A stretch of 64,000 nucleotides of DNA from Paraphysomonas bandaiensis (taxonomy: Eukaryota; Protista; Chrysophyceae). The translations under genes were made by a program, and so were the position numbers. The notes below the pieces were generated by a model that searched no databases, had not been told where the DNA came from, and saw nothing but the letters and a program-made list of their open reading frames with translations. Below, in pieces: positions 52,223-64,000 of the stretch (position 1 is its first letter; each line of letters starts with the position of its first letter). The stretch covers positions 1 through 64,000 of the forward strand of contig CBFFRP010000397.1 of NCBI GenBank assembly GCA_965644295.1, given 5' to 3'.

Positions 52223-53695
52223 CTACTCTGTTTGAATATTATTTCCATTATCAGGTGAAACATTTCCAGTTTCTAGGTCTGCTCGACATATCGGACAAGT
52301 GGAATGTGATCGCATCCACTCACAGATGCATACCTCATGAAACCGGTGACCACATGGTAGCTTCACCGGCAGGTAAATTATTGACCTTCCTAACGACCCA
52401 TTGGAAAGACTATGAACATGACGAATCTGGGGTTCAGATAAGGCTTCAGTATCAGTAAAAGGAACGACGGCGCTACGAGACCGGAAAAATCCCCGGGGGG
52501 CAGAACTCTCTGATCTCCCCGCAGGTGGATTTACTGGTGATACGTCTGGGTCATCGCTTATTGAAGAGTCGGAGTGTTGTAAGTGTTGGTGCTTTTTAAG
52601 CGACTCCAAGCATATTGCACACTCTTCTTGGTCCCCAGCGTGTACTGCGTGGCCGAATTTCCACCGTCTCATTACCCCTTCGTTAGCCCTCTTGAAAGCA
52701 GTATGTTGTCGTAGTAGGTCTACGCTAGCTATCGGGGGTCGGGAGGTGCGTCGAGAATCCGAAGGTGCCGTATATCTACGACGGACAATGCTTCCCGTCA
52801 ATGTGCGGGTTATATAAACAAAAGAATCCGAGTCATCATCATGGAGATCATTAGTTGCATGAGATTGCTCCATTTCATCCTCATCTAAATTTTCTGCAAA
52901 GCAGAGTGTATATATCACAATAACTAATAGCATCATTGCAAGCGTGAGAGATAAGCTCATGTAGTGCTCCACGAATATGTCTTTTGGAAAGATAATACTT
53001 CTAACCTCTGATCCACAATACTCTATGCTCAAACACATTCTCGTTCTATCATCATCAACATCCTGGTTTTGTTGGGAGCAAGACACTGATTTCATGAGCG
53101 TAAAGTTTTGGCTGGAAGTGATCATAATTGCAAAAGTGGCAACACCAAACCCGGCACTAATTTTAAGCATATTAGCGCGCTCCCTATTAGAAGTAAAAGC
53201 CTCATCCGAGACAAACGAGGACGCCGGAGTCGCCTCGAAAAGAACAGTGAGGCACAGTATAATAATAGAGAACGATAGTATCCACATATCATACAGAAAA
53301 TAATTATGATGATTAGAGCTATAAAAGTCGCCCAAGTACACAATTCCGGAATTCTGCCAAATATCTGAAATACAGTCGACTTTTCGCTTGTCAGAATAGC
53401 AGATATTGCTATCACTGCCGGTGTACGAATCTCGACGATAACACAACGGCGGGCTGGCTTCATATGCCTCGTTGCTTCCAACTACACCATAGATGGCATT
53501 CCGTGCTTTACACTGCTCACTCTCTGAAAAGCAATATTCCCGTACCGATTCCCAGTTATTCGTCTGATCACTCCTCACCTTCAAGTAAATATAGAGCACA
53601 CATATTATAGTCAAGATTCCACATTTGATGCCAATACGCTTTCTATGAATAGAAAACGCCGCGCTAGACAGAGCTTCCACACACGTGGTGGCCAT
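52223..53695 (-). CDS. Multi-pass membrane protein with a C-terminal RING-H2 finger (putative E3 ligase)
   Basis: About four hydrophobic segments; CAIC...LPCGHRFHEVCICEWMRSHSTCPICR; intronless ORF. Confidence 0.85.
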   Translation of the reverse strand: MATTCVEALSSAAFSIHRKRIGIKCGILTIICVLYIYLKVRSDQTNNWESVREYCFSESEQCKARNAIYGVVGSNEAYEASPPLCYRRDSYTGSDSNICYSDKRKVDCISDIWQNSGIVYLGDFYSSNHHNYFLYDMWILSFSIIILCLTVLFEATPASSFVSDEAFTSNRERANMLKISAGFGVATFAIMITSSQNFTLMKSVSCSQQNQDVDDDRTRMCLSIEYCGSEVRSIIFPKDIFVEHYMSLSLTLAMMLLVIVIYTLCFAENLDEDEMEQSHATNDLHDDDSDSFVYITRTLTGSIVRRRYTAPSDSRRTSRPPIASVDLLRQHTAFKRANEGVMRRWKFGHAVHAGDQEECAICLESLKKHQHLQHSDSSISDDPDVSPVNPPAGRSESSAPRGFFRSRSAVVPFTDTEALSEPQIRHVHSLSNGSLGRSIIYLPVKLPCGHRFHEVCICEWMRSHSTCPICRADLETGNVSPDNGNNIQTE

Positions 53696-54351
53696 TGTCG
53701 TTAGATAATGTGCATATCGTGAACCCGTACGTCTTATCCAATAATTAACAACTATAAATATGAATATAAGAACCAATCAATAAATAAAACTATAGAACAG
53801 ATGTGAATGGCTCAGCTGAATGTGTCTTAGCGTGGATGATTACATCTGATACTTAAATAATAAGAATGGTTCGGTGATTCTTCTACCTTCCACTCTATAG
53901 AGACGAGAATATGTATATGTATACATTCTGTTACGTATATACCTGTACAACCAGTGTATAGGTATACGGCGGTATATTATGGTATATACTGAGTAGCAGT
54001 ATACTCCACACCACATATACTGCTCTGTATAGGTATATATACCAGGTATATGCAGATTAAGATATCATAACCACAGTGGATCAACTCGGAGCATGATCAA
54101 CACATATACATATGGATATCCACGTTATATATACCAGTTATAGTAACCATCTTTTGACTTCACTCTAAGTTGAAGTTACTTTCACTTCGTTTAGTCTTCT
54201 TTTTAACTGCAATAAAATGCGTATAAACAAAAAAATAATATTCCAATAAGCGAATCAATTGAGAAGAATCACACCATATGAATCTCATCACTTATATCTC
54301 CTTTATAATCTTATAGGGCACTACAGTACATCACATCGTCTTAATTGAGGG

Positions 54352-57300
54352 ATGTCATTACCATTATTTTTGTCTTCAGAAATAGCCGCATGTGTAGTGG
54401 CAATAGCCTGTCGCAACACGAAACATACTGAACGTAACTGTGCGTTTGCAAGACGTCCCCCAGACTATCGTGAGGATCATATATTACGACCGGAGATTGC
54501 CATATGTGGTATTAAAGAAGATGAAGTCAGTAATGTGACTGCACGTTTAATTGAACGAGGGTTTTTGATTGGGTCGTGTGTAGCTGACAGTGATACCCAT
54601 CTGTGCTATCTGAGTATTGGACTATCAGCGACATTAATCACAAAACTTGCAGTTCAATATGCACTGCCAATTGTTCCACATGACCTTTACACCACATCAC
54701 AGCGGACCTTTCTTGCTTGTCAGTCTATGGATTTGATCAAGCGGGCTAGTTTCGAGTATACAGAATGCTTTTTGTTGCACAGACGGTGTGATCTTGCGGA
54801 TGTATCTGCCAGTAACTCGGAAACCAAGATTAGCTCTTACTTTGGCCCCTCCATTGCTGCGTACTTTGCCTGGCTAAATTTCATTTCCATAGCATTGCAG
54901 GCTCCGTGCTGCGTGGGTTTCATTCTATTTGTTTACCAACTAGTAAACATCTCCGCGGACTCCTACTTCGTACCCGCTGCATGTATTCTCATGAGCGTGT
55001 GGAGTATAGTATTTATCAAGTACTGGCGACAGCATATGGTCACATCTGTGTTCGCATGGGGTTCCGTCAGCTCATACGTTGCAGCAACGATAAAGTGGGA
55101 AAAGCCAACCTCGGAGTTCAAAGTCGTGAAGCATGCATTGACTGGATGGCTATTGGTGGCAGTTACGTGTACGATCTTGATTGCACTTGGAGTTTATACT
55201 GTGACGCTATGTATTTTTCTCCAGGTGGGGTGCCATTGACTCATTATTGTAAATCTGCTACTAATATATGTTTCACATACAGGAGTTTGTCATGCAAGAG
55301 ATTGGGCCCATTCTATATATTAGCAGGGTTCCGCTGTTGCTCTACAGGTGTGTAGCCGCGGATTGTCATATGTAGCTTTCTTGCATAACTCTCTCGCAGC
55401 TTCTTGGTTCCTGCATTGGAGTCGCGACTATCACAGCTATGTGAATATATAACTGATACGGCGCCCATCCACACTTCAAGTCAGCGCTACAACCGACTGG
55501 TTTGGATTAGCTGCACTATTCAGCTGGCCAACCGATTCGCTGGACTTGTATATTTAATTCTATGGGCAAAGGACTTTGAGAGCGCAGGTGTGGTACTATC
55601 ATGCATGTTCGTTGCTGACGAGGTAAGGCGGTCACGAGTTTTCGTGTTTATTATCTGACGATGCGTTGTACTTCCAGCTACGAGTCCACTTGGCTACTGG
55701 AGATGATTCGCTATTTTTTGCTTCAGAAGATGTTCAGAGTGCATTCACCGATGTATATCATGCCTCTGTATCGTGCGTTGCGACCCCTGCTACATCTCGC
55801 CGTCCAACCAGCCGGAGACATAGTATGCCGGTCAGAATTCAGAGGTCTGGATCTCATAGCCCTCTGAACAATGCTATTGGGGGAGTGAAAAGTTTTTTTA
55901 AGTCTTTAGTCAAGAGAAAGAAACCTACTGATAAAAAAATACGACGAATGGGAGGGACACCTAAAAGGGAATCTTTTAAGCGCAGTGTGTCCAGTCGAGG
56001 TCAGCGTGCTGCTTTGCGAAGAAAGTCTGGTTGGAAGAGGCGAATAGGAGACGATGGAGACGACAGTGATGACGATGACTCAGTGTTCTGGAACACGGAA
56101 AGGGTAAATAGCAATGATAGTGAGAGTGTATCATCCGTATCCACTTCATCAATTGTGCATACGACCTCCCGTAGATTGTCTGTTACTAGCCGCCACGCTG
56201 AGGATATCTGCACCCACGAAACATCATGTGCTGGTGCATACAGTTATGAAGCTTTCCTTTACCAAGAAGGGAAGGCGCCGGTGAGTGTAGTAGTTTTTAG
56301 CATTTTTTCGTTAATAGTTATATTACAGGTGCATAATGTTTGTGGTAGTCACATATCGAAGATTTTAGTTTACACAACAGTAGTGTGCTTCTCTGGTATA
56401 TACCCACTTGCCCCACTACTAGCGATGTATCAATGCAACAAGTTTATAGAAGGAGATCTATACCGATTGGCGAGGTGTCGCCGCCCTGTACCGGATGAGA
56501 GCAGATGGGTTGGTGATTTGATGGAACCTTGGATAAGTGTAATGGAGGTTAGTGTAGTTCCTAGCAATGATACGTCCAATATTTACGTGCAACGCAATGT
56601 TTATTTAGGTTATCAACGTTATTGGCATATTTCTGAATTGTTTTATTGCTTTTCTGGCGTCGAAACATGGTAGTTTGTATGTTCCACTGAGTATGTCGTC
56701 AACGTGTGGTGACGTCATGGCTTTGGTTTTGTGTGCGATTTTCATGGAGCATTTACTTTTGGGAGCGCGAGCTGTTATCTGCGCGTTCCTACCTGACATG
56801 CCCTTATGGATTAAACTCAAGCTTGATCAGAGGAAACACGGCATGGTACATATTAATTTGTATTGTACAATTGTGATAACTTAGCATCGGTAGTGTATTG
56901 AACAGGGAAGAAATCGTCTAAGGCTGTACGCGGATCATGTAACCACACCGGCGGATGAAGCTTCGACTGCAGAGTTGTCGAATGTAGCAAGTGATGGATG
57001 CGAGGAGGTGGTCAAGTCAAAGATATCTGCACTCTATTGCACTTGCGGCTGGGCAATGCCGCCTCTTTTTTTCTTTGGAATGTCACTGATGCCATGTGTA
57101 TTCGTGCAATTTTCAATGCCTCTTTTCTTCTCCACATTTCCTATCTCTATGGTCCTATGTGCGTATGCGTACCACATGAAGCGTCGGTGGGAATGGGACG
57201 CCGCTATGGGTATTATAACCGACCCTATCCTTGTTAACCGTGTGGTGGACCACCTCCCCGGTTGGGCCCATGACTCTGGAAAAAACCAGTGCCAGTGGAT

Positions 57301-58986
57301 CAACAAGCTTATGCGACAGGCATGGAAGAAAATTGGAGATATTGTGGAACCGCAGCTCATGACCAAAGCGAATGATTTTTTCAGCCGAAAGAAACCAAAT
57401 TTTCTTTCCAGCATGACGATGAAGAATGCCTCTATTGGCTCACTTCCCCCAAATATCGTTTCTATGGAAGTTTTAGACCCAATACCTGGGAGTACCAATG
57501 TACGCCGTGTTGTTTAATTTATACGTACGTTTATACTTGTAATGTAGGTGCAGATCAGCATGGAACTCAACTGGGTATCTGACGGTGTCATCACTTTCGA
57601 CATCGGTCTTCTAGGCCAAACATTTAGTATCGATGTTTTCAACCTCCGCCTATCGGGAACAGTAAGGGTCGAAGTCATTTCATCAGATGACCTTGACAAC
57701 CCAATGCCATACAAAATAGCGAAGGCTTGTTTCATGAAGAGTCCTCAGGTTGATATTTCTGTTAATTTCGGAGACAGTAATGCAACAAGAGAATATTCGA
57801 AAGAATTGGGCTTTGGTCCGGCAATTGCCCAGGTACGTTATGAGTATAGCCGCCTACGAAATTGATTGCTGTGCAGTTCATCAAACAAACTCTTGCTACT
57901 CGGATGCTCTTCCCAAGATGGGTGCAGGTTCCGCTCATAAAAGGAGTGTCTGAAGAGGATATGCCAACGGAAACTCCGCACGGTGTGCTGACAATACAGA
58001 TCCTCAGCTGTAGTAGTTTGGAAATAGGTGATATTACTTCCTCCGACCCATTTGTGGAGATCAAATATCTGGATGAAGTGGTTCGAACTGAAGTCGTGTA
58101 TAAGGACCTGAACCCAGTCTGGCACAATGAATACTTTGATTTTACTGTATACGACCCAGGTTTCCACCACATTGAGCTAACTGTATTTGACTATGATAAA
58201 GGGTCTACCCCGGACTTTTTGGGGCAGGCGAATCTGGATCTGGGCTACATGAAACACGGAGTGACGAAGGAGTTTGACATTAGGTTAACTGGGGTGAAAT
58301 CTGGAGCTATTCAAGTAGCGGTTACATACTTTCGACTTCAACGTCTACATATTGACTATCGCGTAGTGGAAGATATCCTCGTTAATCTCCCCCATAGCTA
58401 TCTTAATGACGACATAATTGCGAATGATTTTTCCATTCCAGTGATAGCTAGCAAAACAAATTCTACCATATTGAAACAATCATACGAAGTCAACAATCTC
58501 CAGATTCATTCTGAAGAAAACAATAGTTCGGATGTAACATGTAGTGTGCGGGGGCTCAGCAATCGCAAGGTGTACGGCATTATTATTATATCGCATATAT
58601 CTTGTCAAGATTTGAAATCACCTGGCGGGACAAGTTCGGTACGCCCTTTTGTATCGTTTTGTATTGGTCGAATGAAGAGAGTGACAAACGTAGCACGAGG
58701 AACGCTGAACCCTGTGTATGAAGAAAGTTTGACTTTTGTGCTAATTGAAAATATGGATGAGCCTCGTGATGATAAGCTTGTTGTCAGAGTGAAGTCAAGA
58801 AACTCTTTCGGGCGCAACTACAAGCTTGGTTCTGTTGTCATTCCGCTATCTGATATTACCGAGTATAAAAAGCAAGAGCAGATGGTCACTAGAGCACTGG
58901 AGGTGGACAGGATTGCCGAAGGGTATATAAACTTGTATATTAAGTATGTTGCGGCTTCAAGTTACGTTGATAAGAACCAAGTTTAA
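54352..58986 (+). CDS. Divergent anoctamin/TMEM16 domain fused to an SMP domain and two C2 domains
   Basis: ISSYFGPSIAAYFAWLNF, FSGIYPLAPLLA...RRPVP, EHLLL...LPDMPLW (anoctamin); LPGWAHD...QWINKLMRQAW (SMP start); SDPFVEI...LNPVWHNE...VFDYD...DFLG (C2A); RPFV...LNPVYEE (C2B). Phase-0 introns 56846-56905 and 57500-57547. Confidence 0.78.
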
Positions 58987-59504
58987 ATGTACTTTGAAAC
59001 TGTGAAGCATTAACGTCGATGTTTTATATTTGTTATCATGCGACTTGGTCCACTTAAAAGCTTTTCGTGTACGCTTGAAAACGCACGAAAGTATTTTGAA
59101 AATGTGTACCACATTGTCTTTCTATAAATATGCGTGAACATATTTGTACTGAATAGCGCACCGATATATATAGAGCTAGTCTCACATTTTGTTCCTTACG
59201 ATTTTCACAATCAGTTGTTCATGTTAGGAAACACATATCACTAATAACTATTAACTTCTAAATCGAAGTCTCTTTTATCACCTGATGTTACATGAATATG
59301 TTGTGAAGTGTTTAGATTAATAATAAATAAAAAGTATATATATATACAAAATACAATAGTGAAAGGTTTGGAAATCTTCGAAACATTTAGCATCCGTTAT
59401 CTCGAGAGTTACCAACTTGAAAGTGCAACGTGTTCAACAAAGCAAGGTTAAGGTTTAAGGTTTAAGTATAGTGCAAGGTCAACTTCAGTGAAAGTCCAAT
59501 TCTA

Positions 59505-59886
59505 GTCGTGTACGAGTCAGGACTAGTTTGGCATCGTCATTTAACTAACTAGTGCTTAACTTTGATATCTGAAATCCTACTATTTTACGCTATGAAAGAT
59601 GAAAGCTGCTTATGCGTCACTGCAAGCATCAAGGTGCAACCACTTTCGCTCAATCGCTCAAAGCAAACGCAGTGAGCAACAGGCAGAATGTTGATACACC
59701 TGACATCTGCTGACTTCAGGATTTTTGAGTCCTTAATGTGAACAGCCCGGATACTTGACTTTAGCAGGTGGGCAGAAAATTATCTACTGACTATATATGC
59801 GGCTCACGTTAGTTTCCCGGAGAAATATCTGCGGTACTTATCTCCCAGAAAACCACGAAAAGGTGTGAGTCCGACTTTGTCGAGGG
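59505..59886 (-). mobile_element. Internally deleted ribozyme-headed element with LINE tail
   Basis: Starts CCCTCGAC at 59886; tail hairpin ~59606-59628; flanked by direct repeat GTCCAATTCTA (59494-59504, 59888-59898). Confidence 0.78.
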
Positions 59887-59904
59887 TGTCCAATTCTAAA
59901 ATAT

Positions 59905-60262
59905 AGTAGTGAATGTCTTATTATTAGCCATAGGCGTGTAAGAATCGGGATTTATTTGGCATTGTCATTTAACTAACTACTGCTTAACTCTGATATCTGA
60001 TATCCTACTATTTCACACTATGAAAGATGAAAGCTGCTTATGCGTCACCGCAAGCATCAAGGTGCAACCACTTTCGCTCTTAAGTATGCGTGAGATGCTG
60101 CCCTTTGGGTTCTTAGTGATCCGCGAAGCTTAAGAGAGGACCAGAGGCCAGAGTTATGTAGATGGAAGGATTATGTTCCATGGGTGAGTTAGATGGTGTG
60201 ATGTAGAGGTGTAGAATCTGTAGATTTGGGGGCGCCGCTGGCCACAGAGTGTAAGTTGTTGC
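59905..60262 (-). mobile_element. LINE 3'-end fragment
   Basis: Complete tail (GTCTTATTATTAGCCATAGGCG...GGTGCAACCAC on the plus strand) preceded by degenerate coding-like sequence including a PKG motif. Confidence 0.6.
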
Positions 60263-60263
60263 C

Positions 60264-60749
60264 ATATATTGAAAGTCTTGTTATAAGCAATAGGCGTTAA
60301 AAACCTGCACCAACGTAGTAGCTAGATGAATGCTAGACAAACTAGTTAGACCTCTACCTGTAACTAATCAGTACACACTTTTTCAATCCTGCTATTTAAC
60401 GCTACGGAAGCTGCTTGTGCGTCGCCGCAAGAACCAAGGTGCGACAACTTCCGCTCTGAGTTCTTAAGGTGAACATCCCGGATGCTTGACTTCAGCAGGC
60501 AGCCCAATACTCCGGTTACCCTTGAGGTGGGCCCATCCCCAGATGTCTGTTTATTCGTCAGGGCCCAAAGACGTCTACACAAGTGACACTTATTGGTGTA
60601 CCTTGTCCCACACAAGCATTCGGCTATGAGTGGGCAGAAGAATAGCTGCTGCTTATGTTTGCGGCTCACGTTAGTTTCCCAGAGAGGATCTCTCCGGTAC
60701 TTATCCCCCAGAACACCACAAAAAGGTGCGAGTCCGACTTTGTTGAGGG
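60264..60749 (-). mobile_element. Apparently complete ~490-bp RIME/NARTc-like element: ribozyme module joined to LINE 3' UTR
   Basis: 60460-60749 matches 28500-28818; 60264-60455 matches the 3' UTR of LINE 26283-26480. No clear TSD. Confidence 0.85.
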
Positions 60750-61664
60750 CACAGAGAGACCATACAAACGCAAACTTTACTATATCCATATATAAGGTAT
60801 ATGCTACGTATATCCCTCTATTCATACACAATTGTATTATGTCGTATTATGTTGTGGATATGACACACAGAGGGTAAAAATAGAAGTTACTATATCTTAA
60901 TTCATCATAGTTATATTACGCTTTATCAGCACTCTGCGTAATAAATTAAATTTCAAAGTTGCATATCTGTCTATATCAAACATAACTGAGTCAGATGTAA
61001 GTATTTGTTCAGAGTTTTGAATATTTGTGAAGTGAAGTAGTATAAGTAACATCCAGTGACAACTAATAGGAATGGTATGCATTAGTCATACCAGTCTAGT
61101 CTTTCACTACGTCAGTATTGTTTCTATCTTGTTCATCTACTACTCGTTGCAGTTCTATTATACAGCTGGATGTATGATGTACAGTGAGTAAGTGGCAGTA
61201 TAATAACAACCAGAAGCAAGTGTCAATACTAAGATATCATGCTGCCGAATATATCTTCATATCCCTCCCTTTATCTATCTCACTATCTACCTGCCAACAT
61301 GATCCTCATATCTACAGCAATACCTCCTGATCCATATATCTACAGTGTATCTAGGCATGACCTGTTGACTAAAATTGTATACTTTTTATGTCCTATATAT
61401 CGCTTTTTTTGTTTATATTACCTTTTTCTGTTCCAGTTGTCCTCAGAAATGGGGATATCTATAGATATGGGATGAAAAAAAGCGTCCTACGAGTCGTACT
61501 GTAGGAGTATATGGACTCTGTATGTACTGTAGGACTGTGTGCTGCTGCATATACATACAACAGACAGCAACAGGCAGGCAGTATATACAAGCTGCCTCAT
61601 ACACATCACAACAGAGCGATCAATCCATAGAAACTCGTTCTTTATTGATACTTTAACAGTCAAG

Positions 61665-62359
61665 ATGTCCATTACAGTCGCACAGGAAGGGAATAGAAGG
61701 AGAGGTAAAATGACAACTGATGAAGTCGAGCAGTGTCTTGTCGGTAAGTAGAGAGAGATGTACATACATATATATATCACTAATCTGATGCGGTGTGTGA
61801 TTGTAGACATCAAGTCTTGGTTTGAAAGGAAGAGTGATGTGGAGTTTGGTACACCTGCAAGAGGGGCTGACTTTCAACGACTACAGAAAGCTCTAGACGG
61901 AGCTGACATACCTGAGGTTCGACTCGACTCAATACATGCATAAAACTACTCAATCTGTTGCTACAGGGTCTGACTATGCTGTTGTCGTGTATTAATGGCT
62001 CGATGTGGTTCATGGACAAAGAGGCGATGTCTGTTGAGGTATCAGAACTGTGGGTTTAATCTAATCGTGCTGACTCTTCGCAGAAAATAATTGAAACAGT
62101 GAATTTCTTAAATTCGAATAGTTCGTGGGAAGCACACTATATACCCTTTTGTGGTGATGAAGATTCGTTGCTCCTCATCGATTCCATTTCAGGTAAAGTT
62201 TATGAATGGGACAGTGCTGATGGACTCGGCGACTGTGTTGCAGTATCATTCAGTGGATACTTGGAAAATTATCGGAACTCTCTTCTGGAGGGACATATGG
62301 ATTTTGTGAGTGGTATGGGTGTAGTCGAATGCATGACCGGCAAGAGTTCGAGAAAGTAA
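61665..62359 (+). CDS. SMI1/KNR4-like domain protein (about 4 exons)
   Basis: GADFQRLQKALDGADIPE...YIPFCGDEDSLLLID...GKVYEWD...VAVSFSGYLENY resembles the SMI1/KNR4 (SUKH) fold; GT-AG introns. Confidence 0.55.
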
Positions 62360-63261
62360 TATTTTCAAGTCTTCGAACTGTTCAGTTCCGAGGTAGTCTC
62401 CAGTTTGCTGAGTTATCACGTGGCGCCACGAAGAGCTTGGACCCACAAATAGGGCGTATGGTCCTTAAACGTTCTCTGAATAATCAGTGTTTATGATTGC
62501 CTAAGAAAGTGGTCATGCATAATAATTATCATATCCAATTATTTTGTAGTAGTGTTGGTGTATTTTGATTATGACATACGCTCATTTAAGAAATGTACAA
62601 CTGCGTTTTAATATTGGAAGAAGGAAAAAGTATATACTTCACATAAAATTATAGCACAATGAAATTCAACTGAGTTGATTCACCCTGTAGATAAGAAAAA
62701 AAATTGTGCAATACGTGCTTATTATAATAAGTTGACTAATAATTACTACCAGTGTACTTTAGCGGTGTACCTACTAATTCGTTTGCTATGAGAGTGATTA
62801 CTGTTGTGAGTGTACTCTAGTTCGAAGTAGAGTAGAGATACCTATTCCGATATCTGCATAAATGCTTTCAGGGAGCACCGGTGTCAATCGTAAATGATAT
62901 CACATTCTACCTTTCAAACGTAGATTTCTTTTGCTTTGACTATAACCGTGTAGAAGAGAAAAATGCCCCTAGATAAACAGCGGTGTAATAGTTATTGTCA
63001 GTGGTCAGACATTGATGTATCAATAGCTATTTCTCTTCAGTCTTTCGTGCTGCATATTCTTAAATACATCACCCTTCTACAACGTACTAAATAATTATTA
63101 CATCACACCAAAACGAAGAACTAGACTACAGAATCTACAACGTTCGCATATTATGCAAACTCTCATCAACTGGGCTGGCTAGTATACATCCAAAATACAA
63201 TCTTTGTGTCTGAACAAATATGAGATACATTCATACGAAACTCACATTGCAGATGTGATAG

Positions 63262-64000
63262 CTAGTCTTCTACAACAACTAAAAATGGGCTGAAAGCAAC
63301 CGCCTCTGCATGGTCATGGAGATAAAAAGCAGGAATGCGAGTCTCACGAGTAGAATTCGTATGCCATGTTAACCTTATGTATGAATTTTTTTGCTGAACA
63401 TGGTGACTTGTGGCTGACGCTTCAACCCGAATAGCATAAACAGAACTGGCCCACATTTTCACTGGGAGAGTGTGGGTCAAGGTGCCATCAACGCTACTGT
63501 ATACCAGATTATTGTCGATATAGACTGACACATTGAAATGTCGTGCATGAGCTTGTATCCCAAAATCAGCCGAGAGAGGTGACAGTAAATAACCATCCCA
63601 TAGTATACTAACACCACTTGAAAAGTCCACGGACGACAAACCAATGCTATTTAGTGGGGTCGACAAATTTGAGTAGTCAGTGGAGGTAATATCAACAGCA
63701 AACCCATTGGTGAAACTGTGAAACACCTCACGCTCTATTCGAGTTAAAAACGGAATCGATTCTTGATTAGCTCTTTTATTATCTGTCAATCGATAACCTC
63801 CAGAATCCGCGAAATACAGTCCATTTAAACCACGGCCACCTGGATAAATATCTGACGATGCCACCAACATGACCCGCAATTCGTATTCCCCTGGAACTTG
63901 AGTAATATAGGAACATTTGAAGAGTCCATTCAACATATCCTTACACAACGGAACAATCACCTTCTCCACATCATTTCTACGATTGCTACCGACCAATCTA
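63262..64000 (-). CDS. C-terminus of a filamin-repeat/PA14-domain protein (continues beyond window)
   Basis: CSYITQVPGEYELRV (filamin/Ig-like), GLNGLYF, SILWDGYLLSP, IRLTW, IPAFYL (PA14-like), SPFLVVV. Confidence 0.65.
   Translation of the reverse strand, partial: RLVGSNRRNDVEKVIVPLCKDMLNGLFKCSYITQVPGEYELRVMLVASSDIYPGGRGLNGLYFADSGGYRLTDNKRANQESIPFLTRIEREVFHSFTNGFAVDITSTDYSNLSTPLNSIGLSSVDFSSGVSILWDGYLLSPLSADFGIQAHARHFNVSVYIDNNLVYSSVDGTLTHTLPVKMWASSVYAIRVEASATSHHVQQKNSYIRLTWHTNSTRETRIPAFYLHDHAEAVAFSPFLVVVED

Noticed and set aside
60243-60756. CACAGAG on both sides of the 60264-60749 element as a TSD
   Set aside because: Only 7 bp, and the left copy is ~14 nt away from the element end.

Overview
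AT-rich eukaryotic nuclear DNA with short (about 50-150 nt) GT-AG introns; the gene content suggests a stramenopile (ochrophyte-like) protist, which is an inference. About 17 host genes (GNAT acetyltransferase, DOT1-like methyltransferase, SDR, GT31+GT10 glycosyltransferase fusion, SGNH-like secreted protein, malonyl-CoA decarboxylase, nitrilase-family hydrolase, Tim17-family protein, sulfatase, GT77-like protein, RING-H2 membrane protein, anoctamin-SMP-C2 fusion, SMI1/KNR4-like protein, PA14/filamin-like protein) lie among nested transposon remnants (Copia with solo LTRs, PIF/Harbinger, CACTA-like, MULE-like, hAT, RNase H-bearing LINEs). The main candidate system is a family of short non-coding retroelements, six copies here. 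Each begins CCCTC(A/G)AC with an ~88-nt sequence that folds like an HDV-type ribozyme resembling the trypanosomatid ingi/L1Tc Pr77 signature. The more complete copies end in the 3' tail, with a covarying GNRA hairpin, that is also found on the RNase H-encoding LINEs in the window, and one copy starts exactly at the CCC between 14-bp target-site duplications. Also notable are an in-frame anoctamin (TMEM16)-SMP-C2-C2 fusion gene and a 1.6-kb near-perfect palindrome. All folds, alignments and splice models were done by eye.
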